A stretch of DNA of 63,065 nucleotides, counting the filler, from Octopus bimaculoides (lineage: Eukaryota): assembly GCF_001194135.2 (NCBI RefSeq). It is 5 parts of 5 records of this genome, joined end to end, with 100 filler letters (N's around TTAATTAATTAA, not from the genome) between each part and the next. Parts side by side here need not be neighbours in the genome. Positions count along the whole stretch, not along the records: positions 1 to 26,816 come from NC_068982.1; positions 26,917 to 31,483 come from NC_068984.1; 3 more parts are not named here. One strand, written 5' to 3'. Positions 13,989-27,366 of the stretch are shown piece after piece. A model generated the notes under the pieces. It was not told the origin of the DNA and searched no databases. It saw only the letters and a list, made by a program, of their open reading frames with translations. The stretch's first letter is position 1; each line of letters opens with the position of its first letter. The translations under genes and the position numbers were made by a program.

Positions 13989-14045
<57 letters not shown>

Positions 14046-14376
14046 NNNNNNNNNNNNNNNNNNNNNNNNNNNNNNNNNNNNNNNNNNNNNNNNNNNNNNN
14101 NNNNNNNNNNNNNNNNNNNNNNNNNNNNNNNNNNNNNNNNNNNNNNNNNNNNNNNNNNNNNNNNNNNNNNNNNNNNNNNNNNNNNNNNNNNNNNNNNNNN
14201 NNNNNNNNNNNNNNNNNNNNNNNNNNNNNNNNNNNNNNNNNNNNNNNNNNNNNNNNNNNNNNNNNNNNNNNNNNNNNNNNNNNNNNNNNNNNNNNNNNNN
14301 NNNNNNNNNNNNNNNNNNNNNNNNNNNNNNNNNNNNNNNNNNNNNNNNNNNNNNNNNNNNNNNNNNNNNATATATA

Positions 14377-14760
14377 GGTGCAGGCATGGCTGTGTGGTAA
14401 GAAGCTTGCTTCCCAACCATATAGTTCCATGTTCAGTCCCACTGCGCGGCACCTTAGGCAAGTGTCTTCTACTATAGCCTTGGGCCGACCAAAGCCTTGT
14501 GAGTGGGTTTGGTGCACTGAATTTGAAAGAAGCCCGTCGTATATGTGTGTGCATGTTTGTCCCACTGTCATCGATTGACAATTGATGCTGGTGAGTTTAT
14601 GACTTTATAGCTTACAAGCCCGGGAAATTAGACCAATAGAATAAGTACTAGGCTTGCAAAGAATAAGTCCTGGGGTCAAGTTCTTTGACTAAAACCCTCC
14701 AAGGTGGTGCTCCAGCATGGCCACTGTCAGATGACTAAATCAAGTTAAAGAATAAAAGAA
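14377..14760 (+). mobile_element. SINE family B
   Basis: Colinear with the reference copy and partly CpG-decayed. Confidence 0.85.
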
Positions 14761-15823
14761 TACATATTCAGTGTGTCATTTGCTTTGTTTTAACTTGTAT
14801 TTACTAAAAGTTGTTTTTAAAATGAAGTGGTTATCTATCATATCTCTTTCTGCTGCCACCAATATACTTTACAAATGATGACACTTGTCAAGACATCCTT
14901 TTTATTTATTCGTTTATTTTCTTCTGTTTTGTAAGAGACTCTGTTTCATTAACATAGCAATATTAGAAGAAGAAAAATATATACAAATGAGGCATGTAAT
15001 AATGTGGTATGAGGTGAAAGCAGGGGGCAGGGATGATGGCAGTGAGAATGGGTGGGGGAATATTGGCAGGGAATTGGCGCTTCATGGAACACTGGAGAAG
15101 TTTATACTATCTTTTACTCAATGAGAATATGTCAAATGGTTTCCCAAGTTTAGAAATAGTAACTGCACAGTTTTACAGATGCAGCAGTCTTGCTATGACG
15201 CTTAACAGAGTTTCATAATGACAACAGTGTTAGTTAGTCATCATAGTTTTATTTTTGAGAAGAATTGCTTTGTAACTGTCACAAGAAATGGCCTAGAATC
15301 CGCCCCCCATCTCTCCTTTTCTCTGTCTCTCTGTTCTCCCTCTTTTTCCAGTCTCCACTGACATTTGTAACTACTTTTGCCAAAAGTCTTTCTGTGGGTG
15401 CCACAGGAATTATCAAATGGTAATCTGTAAACATTTTCCTGATTCTCCACTCATGTCAGCACCATCTTCCCAATTAAATACCATTTAATAAATAACAGTT
15501 ATGAAGGAGGGGGATATTCTAGAGAGGTATTTTCTCTCTGTTCTATGATATTAACAAATATTTTTACCCTTTTTCTGTATTTGTTGGCACAAGTATTTAT
15601 TTATATAAACCACAAACATGGTAGTGTGATTAAGAAGTTTGCTTCCCAACCTTTGGGTGAATTTGGTAAATGGAAACTGAAAGAAGCCAGTCGTATTTTT
15701 ATATATAATATATATATATATCATGATGATGATGATGATATATATATATAAAAAACGGAGACCAAGGTCCTTCCTGAGCCATGGGCTCATAAAACCAATT
15801 TCCATGGAGTATATATTTCCATG

Positions 15824-15859
<36 letters not shown>

Positions 15860-15922
15860 NNNNNNNNNNNNNNNNNNNNNNNNNNNNNNNNNNNNNNNNN
15901 NNNNNNNNNNNNNNNNNNNATG

Positions 15923-15958
<36 letters not shown>

Positions 15959-16587
15959 CGCACCACCACCTGGATGGGCCTGGTCTATCACAGAATTACT
16001 CACTTTTGCCAGCTGGAGCAATGTGAAATGAAGTGGTTTGCTCAAAAACACAGTACATCACCTGGTCCAGGAATTCAAACCACAATCTTACCATCATGAT
16101 TGCAACATGTATGTATGTGTATATATATATATGTGTGTATACACACACATATATATATGTATGTATATGCATGTGTGTATGTGTGTGTGTGTATATGTGT
16201 GTGTGTGTATAGGCACAGACATGGCTGTGTGGTTAAATTGTTTGCTTCACAACCATGTTTTTATGTTCAATCTTATTGCCTGGCACCTTTGGTCTTCTAC
16301 TTTAAGGCTTGGGCTGACCAAAGCTATATGAACTGATTTGATGGACACAATGTAAAAGAAGTGCATTGTGTGTATGTATATGTATTTATGTATGTGTATA
16401 TGTGTGTTATATGTATGTGTATAAGAACAGGTATGGGTTGGGGACAGCAAGGGCATCCAGCTGTAAAAGAATACTTTAATAACTTTGTCTTATGTCTCTT
16501 CTCTATGCTTGCATCACTACTACTAACATCAGACACAAAGTGACACGTGTGTGTGTGTGTGTGTGTCTGTGTGTGTGTGTGTGTGTC

Positions 16588-16623
<36 letters not shown>

Positions 16624-16747
16624 TGTGTGTGTGTGTATTTGTTTAAATATACATACATCTGTAAGTTTAATATTTCATTGTATATGCATATATGTATATA
16701 TATATATATATATATCTGTATGGATAAATCCATGCCCACGCACGCAT

Positions 16748-16782
<35 letters not shown>

Positions 16783-17616
16783 CACACACATATATATATA
16801 TACCTATATATATGCAATGGTTTTATCCATTGATCTATGCATGCATACTATTATATAAATATTATATATATATATTATGTTATATATGTATGTATGTATA
16901 TATGTGCATGCACATGTATTTGTGTGTGTATCTTGTATGTGCACACATGTGTAGAACATTCATAATTCCTTTGTCTGAAAGAACTGTATTACACATAGAT
17001 TTGCAATGGATTTCTCATCTATCACCCCACCCCCCCTCCAACCCTCTACTTCTCTCCACCACCCTACTCCATCGTTTTCTACACATCTTACAGAACATCT
17101 CTTCTGATGCTATACAGCATACATCATCATCATCATCATCATGAATAGCACTACTACTGCTATTCTCACAAATATTATATGACTACTACCTGCCACCATA
17201 ACCATCATCATCATCAACGTCATCGTCATTGACTACCATCATGAATGCAGCCACCTCTACCACCACAACCACAACAACAACAACTACTACTACTACCTGA
17301 ACTATCACTGCTTGCATTTCCACCATCATCATCATCATCTTCATTATCATCATTTGCAGCAGGACTACCATCACCACAGTGAGCAGCAACACCACTGAGA
17401 CTACCACTATCATACCACCACCACTACTATGGTCATCACCATCACCGGCATAATGACAGTGAAATATTTAGAAATCCTTAAATCCAATCAATTTTACTAT
17501 TCTGTAGTTTCTATTAATTTTCATTATTGATGTCATGGTAAGGAAGGTTTAGTAGTGGTGGTGGTGGTTTTGGTGGTGGTGATGGTTGTTGTTGTCGTCG
17601 TCATTGTTGTTGTTGC

Positions 17617-17752
<136 letters not shown>

Positions 17753-17789
17753 AGCCTGACTTGAAAAAGGAAAATAACAATTTGTTTGA

Positions 17790-18252
17790 ATGAACCCTTC
17801 AAGGCAATGCCCCAGCATGGCCACTGTCCAAAGATTGAAACAAGTAAAAGATAAAAGATATTTGCCCTGTAGCTATAGGCATAAGATTCTGGGTTCAGTC
17901 CCACTGCATGACACCTTGAGCAAGTATCTTCTGCTATAGCCTTGGGCCAACTAAAGCCTTGTGAGTGGATTTGGTAGATGGAAACTGAAAGAAGCCCGTT
18001 TTATTTATATATATGTGTGTGTGTGTGTTGTATTCATGTGTGTGTGTGTCTGTGTTTGTTTCCCACTCCGCCACCGCATGACAACCAATTTTGGTGTGTT
18101 TATATCCCTGTAACTTAGTGGTTTGGCAAAAGAGACCGATAGAATAAGTACTGGGCTTTCAAAGGGTAAGTCCTGAGGTTGATTTCTTTGACTAAAGGCA
18201 GTGCTCCAGCATGGCTGCAGTCAAATGACTGAAAAAAGTAAAAGAATAAAAG
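17790..18252 (+). mobile_element. SINE family B, with a preceding extra 3' tail at 17790-17850
   Basis: Colinear and CpG-depleted. Other partial B copies lie at about 10405-10560, 15620-15700, 16211-16325, 24485-24680, 30553-30810, 34045-34190 and 43255-43402. Confidence 0.8.
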
Positions 18253-19904
18253 AATACACGTGCAGCTGCCTCCTTGACTGATAGTTAGTCTTGACCTACA
18301 TATAGTGGTGTCAGTAGATCGAGTATTGTAGTGATGGTCATTTGTGGAGAGGACAGTGATGACAATGTAAATCATCATAACATCTTATTGTTGAGCTCCA
18401 AGACAGCCCTGAGAGAGCACACAAACCTATGATAAAATGACAGTCCAGTCATGATCATACCTTTTTTACTTCTGCACTAGTTTACCTGGGACAAGCCAGG
18501 CAAAATGCTTAGCGGTATTTCGTCTGTCTCTATGTTCTGAGTTTAAATTCCATTGAGGTCGACTTTGCCTTTCATCCTCTCAGGGTCGATAAATTAAGTA
18601 CCAGTTGCATAGTGGGGTCGATCTAAGTGACTGACCCCCTCCCCCAAAATTCCGGGCCTTGTGCCTAGAGAAGAAAAGAATATTATTCTAAGTGTTCATT
18701 TTGTAAGGCAATGATAGGGTGTGATTTAAGGGAGATTTTCACTCCTCCCTCTTGTAAGTCACCGACCATTTAGAAGTTCCCTCATTGGCTTCAATAATAC
18801 AATGTTGGTATGGTTGGTGTTGTTGTTTAACCCTGAGTCAGTCCTGATTGAGCACATCAATGATCAATCCATATGAGACCATCACATTATCCAATGTCTC
18901 CTTCTTTTGTAAGATGTTAAGATGTGGTTTGAGGGAGATTTTTAGCTGCTATTTCCAGAAAGGTAAGCAGCTCCATAGAGATTCTCTTGTTGGTTCATGG
19001 CTGTTAGAGGTAAGTAAACAGTACAGGTATGGGCTGTAGTTGTTGCAGAGGTAATAGTGTTTGTCGTTACAGTATGAGAGTTTGTGACAGTTGGGGGTGA
19101 CACAAGAAGTGTTGAAGAAGAAGGTGGTGATGGTAATGGTGGTTTTGGGGACAGTGATGGTACTGGTCTGATAATGATTGTGGTGGCGGAGGTAGCAATT
19201 GTTTATTACATGAAAAATTATGATAATTGTGTGTTCAAGGCACTTGTGTTGATAGTGGGAGGAGATGATGATGGTGACGATGATGATGGTGGTGGTGGTA
19301 GTGATATAATAATTAAGGCAGTGTATTTTGTTATGGAGTGGTTTAATAAATGTTGTAGTAGTGGTAGTCATGGCAGTAAGGACTATCCAGTAATGTCATG
19401 TGCTGTGATGGTGATGTGGATATTGTACTGTGACTATGTTCCAGGAAGTCAGGGTGTGATGGTGGTGACAGCGGTGGTGGTGGTGGTAGTGGTTTGTTAT
19501 GGAGAAATCAATCTAGTCTACTCGTTCTAGTTCATTGACTTTACTATGATAATAGCTAGTTCTACTACTGCTGCTGCTGCAAGCATTGCTGTGATTCCTT
19601 CATCTACAACCGTCACTACCGCAAAACAAAACACTGCTACCCAAACTACTGCTATAAGTATCACAACTACCTCCACCACCACCACCTCTACCACCGCCTA
19701 CACCATCAACAGCAAAACTGCTTTTACTGCGATCACCACAATCACATCAACAAACATTACAAGCAATAATAATACCACATCTACTGCTACTGCACATGCC
19801 ATTATTACAACCACCACTATACATACTGTCATTACAACCACCAGTTTCACAAGTGTAACCACTACAACTAGTACTAACAACCACCAACATTGCTGCTGCT
19901 GCTG

Positions 19905-19958
<54 letters not shown>

Positions 19959-20759
19959 GAAGAAGAAAACTAGGTCACGTGGCCTGCATCCTTGCACACA
20001 GCAGCTTGTTTGTTTATGGTGCTTAAAAATTAATAGTTGAGTGACATAGTTGTGTGTGTGTGTGTGCGTGCATGTGAGTGTGTATGAATATGTGTGTGTG
20101 AGTGTGTATGAATGTGTGTGTTAGCATGAGAAAAAGAGAGAGTGTGTGTGTGTGTGTGCAGACTTTAGTGAATGTGCATTAGTATGCATACATTCATGTG
20201 TGTGTATATTTGCATAAAAATATATGTGCACTCTCATAAAAACGTGCACCCATATAAAAATGTATGCACATGAAGACATAGTTAATTATGCACATTTCAC
20301 TAAAAGCTATAATATATGGGTGTGTGCAGACGTATGTATCTATGGGTGTGTGTGTGTAGATGGATGTGCATGTGATTGTATTCATGTGTGTATATGTGTA
20401 AGTGTGCATGTATGTATGTGTTTGTATGTATGCATACATGTACGAATGTATGTATGGATATATGTACACATGTATGTATGTATGTATGTATGTATGAATT
20501 ATGTATGTATACATGCATATGTGTGTGTATATATAAACTACAGTTTATTGTACTGCCTGCATTGTGTAGTCTGAACTGTAATATATAAACTTACTTCTTT
20601 ACACTTGCAGTATTACATGTATAAATGTGTGTGTGCGAGTGTGTGTGTGTATGCTTGTGTATGTGTGTGTGTACACTTAACCTAATCTTCACCCTAATAT
20701 ATTAACTTGTCTTTTTACACTTTCAATGCATATATGTTATGTAGGTATGCATGTACGTA

Positions 20760-21045
20760 CATTAGGGTGGAGTGAAAATAAAAAGTTGTGGAAATTGAAA
20801 ATGCCTGAGGCCTAAAATTTTGCTATATATTATTACTAGAAAAATACTAAATTTTCACCGAGATCAGTCAAGGGCAAACCCGCCAAACTCCCTCAAACCC
20901 ACCAAACTCCGCTATTGTAAGAAATTTACAAAAATCCCTCATTTTCGGATTTAGGGGGCTTAAGGGAGTAAATGCCCTTGATTGATCTCAGCGAAAATTT
21001 AGCATTTCCCTCGTAATCAAATATGGCAACATTTTAGCCCTCGGG
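20760..21045. mobile_element. MITE-like element with an internal 28-bp inverted repeat, truncated by a gap
   Basis: Starts CATTAGGGTGG. 20849-20876 pairs with 20973-21000. Confidence 0.5.
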
Positions 21046-22155
21046 NNNNNNNNNNNNNNNNNNNNNNNNNNNNNNNNNNNNNNNNNNNNNNNNNNNNNNN
21101 NNNNNNNNNNNNNNNNNNNNNNNNNNNNNNNNNNNNNNNNNNNNNNNNNNNNNNNNNNNNNNNNNNNNNNNNNNNNNNNNNNNNNNNNNNNNNNNNNNNN
21201 NNNNNNNNNNNNNNNNNNNNNNNNNNNNNNNNNNNNNNNNNNNNNNNNNNNNNNNNNNNNNNNNNNNNNNNNNNNNNNNNNNNNNNNNNNNNNNNNNNNN
21301 NNNNNNNNNNNNNNNNNNNNNNNNNNNNNNNNNNNNNNNNNNNNNNNNNNNNNNNNNNNNNNNNNNNNNNNNNNNNNNNNNNNNNNNNNNNNNNNNNNNN
21401 NNNNNNNNNNNNNNNNNNNNNNNNNNNNNNNNNNNNNNNNNNNNNNNNNNNNNNNNNNNNNNNNNNNNNNNNNNNNNNNNNNNNNNNNNNNNNNNNNNNN
21501 NNNNNNNNNNNNNNNNNNNNNNNNNNNNNNNNNNNNNNNNNNNNNNNNNNNNNNNNNNNNNNNNNNNNNNNNNNNNNNNNNNNNNNNNNNNNNNNNNNNN
21601 NNNNNNNNNNNNNNNNNNNNNNNNNNNNNNNNNNNNNNNNNNNNNNNNNNNNNNNNNNNNNNNNNNNNNNNNNNNNNNNNNNNNNNNNNNNNNNNNNNNN
21701 NNNNNNNNNNNNNNNNNNNNNNNNNNNNNTATATATATATATATATATATATTGTCCTTCAGGTGGTGGTGTCACTTAAAAAGCATCTGTGCTGGCACTG
21801 CGTTAATGTACCCATGACAGTGCCGTATAAATGCACCCGTGCCAGTGTTGTATAAATGTGCTTGTACTGGTGATGCATAAAAAGCACCCAGCACACTATG
21901 TTAAGTGGTTGGCATTAGGAAGGCCATCCGGCCAAAGAAACGATACCACAATAGACAGTTGGAATCTGGACAGCTTGCTGCTAGCCAGTTCCATGTCAAA
22001 CCATCCAACCCATGCCAGCATGGAAAGAGGATGCTAAATGATGATGATGATGATTTATTAAACTTGAAATTAGAAGCAGCTCTAATAATATAAACATTAC
22101 TCATGTCACATTCTTAATGTATGTGTTTTGTTTGTTTTGTTTAAATGCTTATTGG

Positions 22156-22354
22156 CTGCAGGACTCTTCCAGGGAAACTGTCTTTATCATGGAGAGTGTT
22201 AAAAACACTGCAAACTTCAAAACCTGGGGAAACAAATTGCCCTGTAGGTGAATGAGAATGGTGGAGATCAATATTTCAGTTATTTCATCTCATTGGTACC
22301 CAGTGGTTTTTAACACTCGACATCTTGGATGTTTCCCTGGACAATATCCTGCAG
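22156..22354. repeat. Decayed fold-back/MITE-like inverted repeat
   Basis: CTGCAGGA..CCAGGGAAAC..GAGTGTTAAAAACACTG is mirrored at 22300-22354. Confidence 0.6.
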
Positions 22355-22862
22355 CTATATAAGCAAAACCCATAAAATATGTGACATTGGTAATGTTTAC
22401 ACACACACACACACACACACACACGTTTCTATGTTCTGATTACAAACCTGTAATGAGATTCCATTTGCTTTCCACCCTCATCCCACCCCAATGTCTAATA
22501 TTAGAAATAACCATTACTAGTATCACTGTTGTTTTAGCCATTAAACCATAGATTCCTCTTTTAAAAATATAACATCCATGATTTCTCAAACCAATAAAGT
22601 AACTCGCTTCAAAACCTACTTGCACCACCTAGGCAACCTGATTTTCTAACACCTTGTGTGTATGTGTGTGCACATGCACGAGCATGTGTGGATGTGCATG
22701 CATGTGCATGTGTGCATGTGCATGTGTGCATGTGCATGTGTGTGTGTATATATATATATTTTTCTATATATGGTATATACATACACATATATAAATATAC
22801 ATATATATATATGTGTGTGCGTGTGTGTGTGTGTAAATGTATATATATATGTGTGTGTGTGT

Positions 22863-22911
<49 letters not shown>

Positions 22912-23312
22912 AATGGATGCATGGTTGTGCTTCAAAGTTGAGCAGCAAAGCAAAGTTTTATTTAACATTCATACTTTTGCTACTACTACAGCTGCTATTT
23001 CAGACATTTTCTTAAAATAAAACACTCTTATAGCCCTAAAATTCCTCTTCCTGCTTCCAGGAGGAATGAGGGAAGAAAGATACCATATCATAGCCGGCTG
23101 ATGATACTGATGGTGGTGAAGGTGGAGGTGATGATGATGATGGTGGTGGTGGTGGTGATGATAGTAGTGGTAGTGGTGATACATTTCAGCAGACGACACA
23201 TTGTATCAGGTGACTAAATTGCAAGACGAGACGACCTGTCATGTGACCAACAAATGGGACAGGGAGAAAGAAAAAACACTAAAACACTGTTATATGTATA
23301 TATATATACATG

Positions 23313-23356
<44 letters not shown>

Positions 23357-23502
23357 GATACATATATATATACATATTTATATATATATATATACATACA
23401 CATATATATATATATATACACATATATACATATACATATGTATATATGTATGTATATGTATATGTGTATATATGTATATATATGTATGTATATATGTATA
23501 CA

Positions 23503-23539
<37 letters not shown>

Positions 23540-24013
23540 NNNNNNNNNNNNNNNNNNNNNNNNNNNNNNNNNNNNNNNNNNNNNNNNNNNNNNNNNNNNN
23601 NNNNNNNNNNNNNNNNNNNNNNNNNNNNNNNNNNNNNNNNNNNNNNNNNNNNNNNNNNNNNNNNNNNNNNNNNNNNNNNNNNNNNNNNNNNNNNNNNNNN
23701 NNNNNNNNNNNNNNNNNNNNNNNNNNNNNNNNNNNNNNNNNNNNNNNNNNNNNNNNNNNNNNNNNNNNNNNNNNNNNNNNNNNNNNNNNNNNNNNNNNNN
23801 NNNNNNNNNNNNNNNNNNNNNNNNNNNNNNNNNNNNNNNNNNNNNNNNNNNNNNNNNNNNNNNNNNNNNNNNNNNNNNNNNNNNNNNNNNNNNNNNNNNN
23901 NNNNNNNNNNNNNNNNNNNNNNNNNNNNNNNNNNNNNNNNNNNNNNNNNNNNNNNNNNNNNNNNNNNNNNNNNNNNNNNNNNNNNNNNNNNNNNNNNNNN
24001 NNNNNNNNNNNNN

Positions 24014-24058
<45 letters not shown>

Positions 24059-24220
24059 ATATATATACACATACATACACATATATATGTACATACACAC
24101 ACATACAGCCACACACACTTACACACACACACACACATACATACACACACACATATATATACAAATAGGTCTGTATGTTCAGGTTCAACAAAAAGAGTAC
24201 TCCATCTAGTGAGAGTAAAT

Positions 24221-24362
24221 ATTGATTTTTATGACCACCTCACGGGTTTGGCCTACGTTTACTAAAAGTTTCATGCTCATTGAACCCACGTATGTTCTTC
24301 AGGCAGCCACCTGAACTTTTAGTAGCATGGGCCATGCATGTGAGGTAGTCATAAAAAACAAT
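24221..24362. repeat. Decayed fold-back/MITE-like inverted repeat
   Basis: ATTGATTTTTATGACCACCTCAC..TACTAAAAGTT is mirrored by AACTTTTAGTAG..GTGAGGTAGTCATAAAAAACAAT. Confidence 0.65.
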
Positions 24363-24701
24363 ATGTATGTATATATGTGTGTGCGTATTTGTGTGTGTAT
24401 GTGTGTGTGTGTACATGTGTGTGTGTGTGTGTGTGTGAGCGTGCGTGCATGCATACATGTGTGTGTGTGTGCATGTGTCTGTGCTTGCCCCCACAACATC
24501 ACTAGACAACTGATGCTGGTGTGTTTATGTCCCCATAATCTAAAAAGAGAATGGTAGAATAAGCACTAGGCTTATAAAGAGTAAGTCCTGGGGTCGATTT
24601 CTTTGACTAAAAAACCCTTAAAGGCAGTGCTACAGTATAGCCGCAGTCAAGTGACTGAAACAAGTTAAAGAATAAAAGAAAACCCTCATACACATGTGGC
24701 G

Positions 24702-25058
24702 CTCTGTCGGTTGTGACAATGAGAGTTCCAGTTGATCCAGTCAACGGAACAGCCTGCTCATGAAATTAATGTGCAAGTGGCTGAGCACTCCACAGACATG
24801 TGTACCCTTAATATAGTTCTCAGGGAGATTCAGCGTGACACAGAGTGTGACAAGGCTGGCCCTTTGAATTACAGGTACAACAGAAACGGGAAGAAAGAGT
24901 GAGAGAAAGTTGTGGTGAAAGAGTACAGCAGAGTTTGCAGCCAGCTGCTGCCGGAGCCTCGTGGAACTTTAAGTGTTTTTGCTCAATACACATTCACAAC
25001 GCCCAGTCTGGGAATCAAAACTGCGACCCTACGACCGTGAGTCTGCTGCCCTAACTAC
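24702..25058 (-). mobile_element. tRNA-derived SINE, family C (CpG-decayed copy)
   Basis: Colinear with the three young copies but with many CG to TG/CA changes. Confidence 0.85.
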
Positions 25059-25091
25059 TATACATTTATTTAGATATGTGTGTGTGTCTGT

Positions 25092-25123
<32 letters not shown>

Positions 25124-26015
25124 ATGTCTGTGTGTGTGTGTGTATACATGTGTATAAATGTATATATGTGTATATATGTATATACACATATATACATTTA
25201 TACACATGTATACATACACATATGTATAAATATATATATGTATATATATGTGTGTATATATATATGTGTATATATATATGTATATATGTATNNNNNNNNN
25301 NNNNNNNNNNNNNNNNNNNNNNNNNNNNNNNNNNNNNNNNNNNNNNNNNNNNNNNNNNNNNNNNNNNNNNNNNNNNNNNNNNNNNNNNNNNNNNNNNNNN
25401 NNNNNNNNNNNNNNNNNNNNNNNNNNNNNNNNNNNNNNNNNNNNNNNNNNNNNNNNNNNNNNNNNNNNNNNNNNNNNNNNNNNNNNNNNNNNNNNNNNNN
25501 NNNNNNNNNNNNNNNNNNNNNNNNNNNNNNNNNNNNNNNNNNNNNNNNNNNNNNNNNNNNNNNNNNNNNNNNNNNNNNNNNNNNNNNNNNNNNNNNNNNN
25601 NNNNNNNNNNNNNNNNNNNNNNNNNNNNNNNNNNNNNNNNNNNNNNNNNNNNNNNNNNNNNNNNNNNNNNNNNNNNNNNNNNNNNNNNNNNNNNNNNNNN
25701 NNNNNNNNNNNNNNNNNNNNNNNNNNNNNNNNNNNNNNNNNNNNNNNNNNNNNNNNNNNNNNNNNNNNNNNNNNNNNNNNNNNNNNNNNNNNNNNNNNNN
25801 NNNNNNNNNNNNNNNNNNNNNNNNNNNNNNNNNNNNNNNNNNNNNNNNNNNNNNNNNNNNNNNNNNNNNNNNNNNNNNNNNNNNNNNNNNNNNNNNNNNN
25901 NNNNNNNNNNNNNNNNNNNNNNNNNNNNNNNNNNNNNNNNNNNNNNNNNNNNNNNNNNNNNNNNNNNNNNNNNNNNNNNNNNNNNNNNNNNNNNNNNNNN
26001 NNNNNNNNNNNNNNN

Positions 26016-26061
<46 letters not shown>

Positions 26062-26816
26062 TAATATAATATGAATGCACAGAAATATATAATATATGCA
26101 CACACACATCTATGATATCTATTGAGTGCATATGTCCTGAAAATGGTAAATTTGGTGCAAGGTGAAGAGAAACAGAATACGATGATTTCCTTAAGCGTAT
26201 CTAATTCACTGTTTCTCAAATTCTTCGATTCCACTCAAAAGCAGTGTTTGTTTGTTTCTTCACCTTGTTTATTTTTTCCTGGTGGTTTTGAGTTGATGGA
26301 ACAGGTGACATAATTAGGTCAGGTGAATCAACTTTTGACTATGTTGTTCAACGTCTGTATCCATGTGGAAAAGTGGATATGGGTGTTTATGGGTGTATGT
26401 GTATGTATGTATTAGTGTGTATGTATGTATTGATGTGTATGTTATGTTTGTACCTGTTTGTGTGTGTATGTTCTATGTATGTATGTCTGTATGTATGTAT
26501 GTATGTATGTATATACATGCATGTCTATATATGTATGCATATGTGTATATATTTACATATGTATATAAGCTTGTGTATGTGTGTGTATATGTTTATGTGT
26601 GTGTGTTTGTGTGTATGTATAAATGTGTATGTATGTGTATGCATATGTGAATGTATTTGTGTATTAATGTGTGTCAATGTATGTTTATACGTCTACATTT
26701 GTATGTTGTGTTTATGTATGTGTATACATTTATGCATGTGCACATATATACATGTGTGTATGTATTTGTGTGCATACATATGTATGTATGTATGCTTGAA
26801 TGTGTATGTTTATGAA

Positions 26817-26916
26817 NNNNNNNNNNNNNNNNNNNNNNNNNNNNNNNNNNNNNNNNNNNNTTAATTAATTAANNNNNNNNNNNNNNNNNNNNNNNNNNNN
26901 NNNNNNNNNNNNNNNN
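26817..26916. other. Artificial scaffold-join spacer (44N-TTAATTAATTAA-44N)
   Basis: Identical 100-nt constructs have the 12-mer at 26861, 31528, 53558 and 61022. The 12-mer has stop codons in all six frames. Confidence 0.93.
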
Positions 26917-26979
<63 letters not shown>

Positions 26980-27090
26980 TATATATATATATATATACAT
27001 ACACACACACACGCACATATATATATGTGTATACACACACACATATATATAAATGATTAAGATGGCTTATTCACAATTTACAACCAAAAG

Positions 27091-27300
27091 GCATGAGATA
27101 TCGCTAAAGTGACTGAGGGTGGAAGTCAACACTAGCATTGCTAGAAACGAGGGGTCAGAACAACTCTTAGCCGCAGGGAAGCACTTATCTAAGGGCTGAC
27201 AAGGGAGATAAGCTCCCTACAACAAGTGAGGCAGAGTCTCTTAATTCTAGCAATGCTGGGGTGCTGACTAGTACCCTCAGTCACTTTAGTTATGTCATGC
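27091..27300. repeat. Decayed fold-back/MITE-like inverted repeat
   Basis: TAAAGTGACTGAGGGT..AGCATTGCTAGAA is mirrored by TTCTAGCAATGCT..ACCCTCAGTCACTTTA. Confidence 0.65.
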
Positions 27301-27309
27301 ATATATATA

Positions 27310-27366
<57 letters not shown>

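Noticed and set aside
15822-15958. ATGAGG(TA)n repeated across a gap, ending in ..TACCTC
   Set aside because: Best explained by assembly behaviour around a self-complementary (TA)n tract.
19084-19960. GT-rich triplet tract followed by an AC-rich triplet tract (also 17130-17760) as a large inverted repeat
   Set aside because: The complementarity is only compositional; I could not find colinear specific matches.
22162-22247. Plus-strand exon-like segment (ctgcag|...TAG|gtgaat) with open frames
   Set aside because: It lies within one arm of a decayed inverted-repeat element and is opposite in strand to the better exon at 28381.
26861-26872. TTAATTAATTAA palindrome recurring four times
   Set aside because: It is always centred in 44N+44N, so it is an assembly spacer and not biology.
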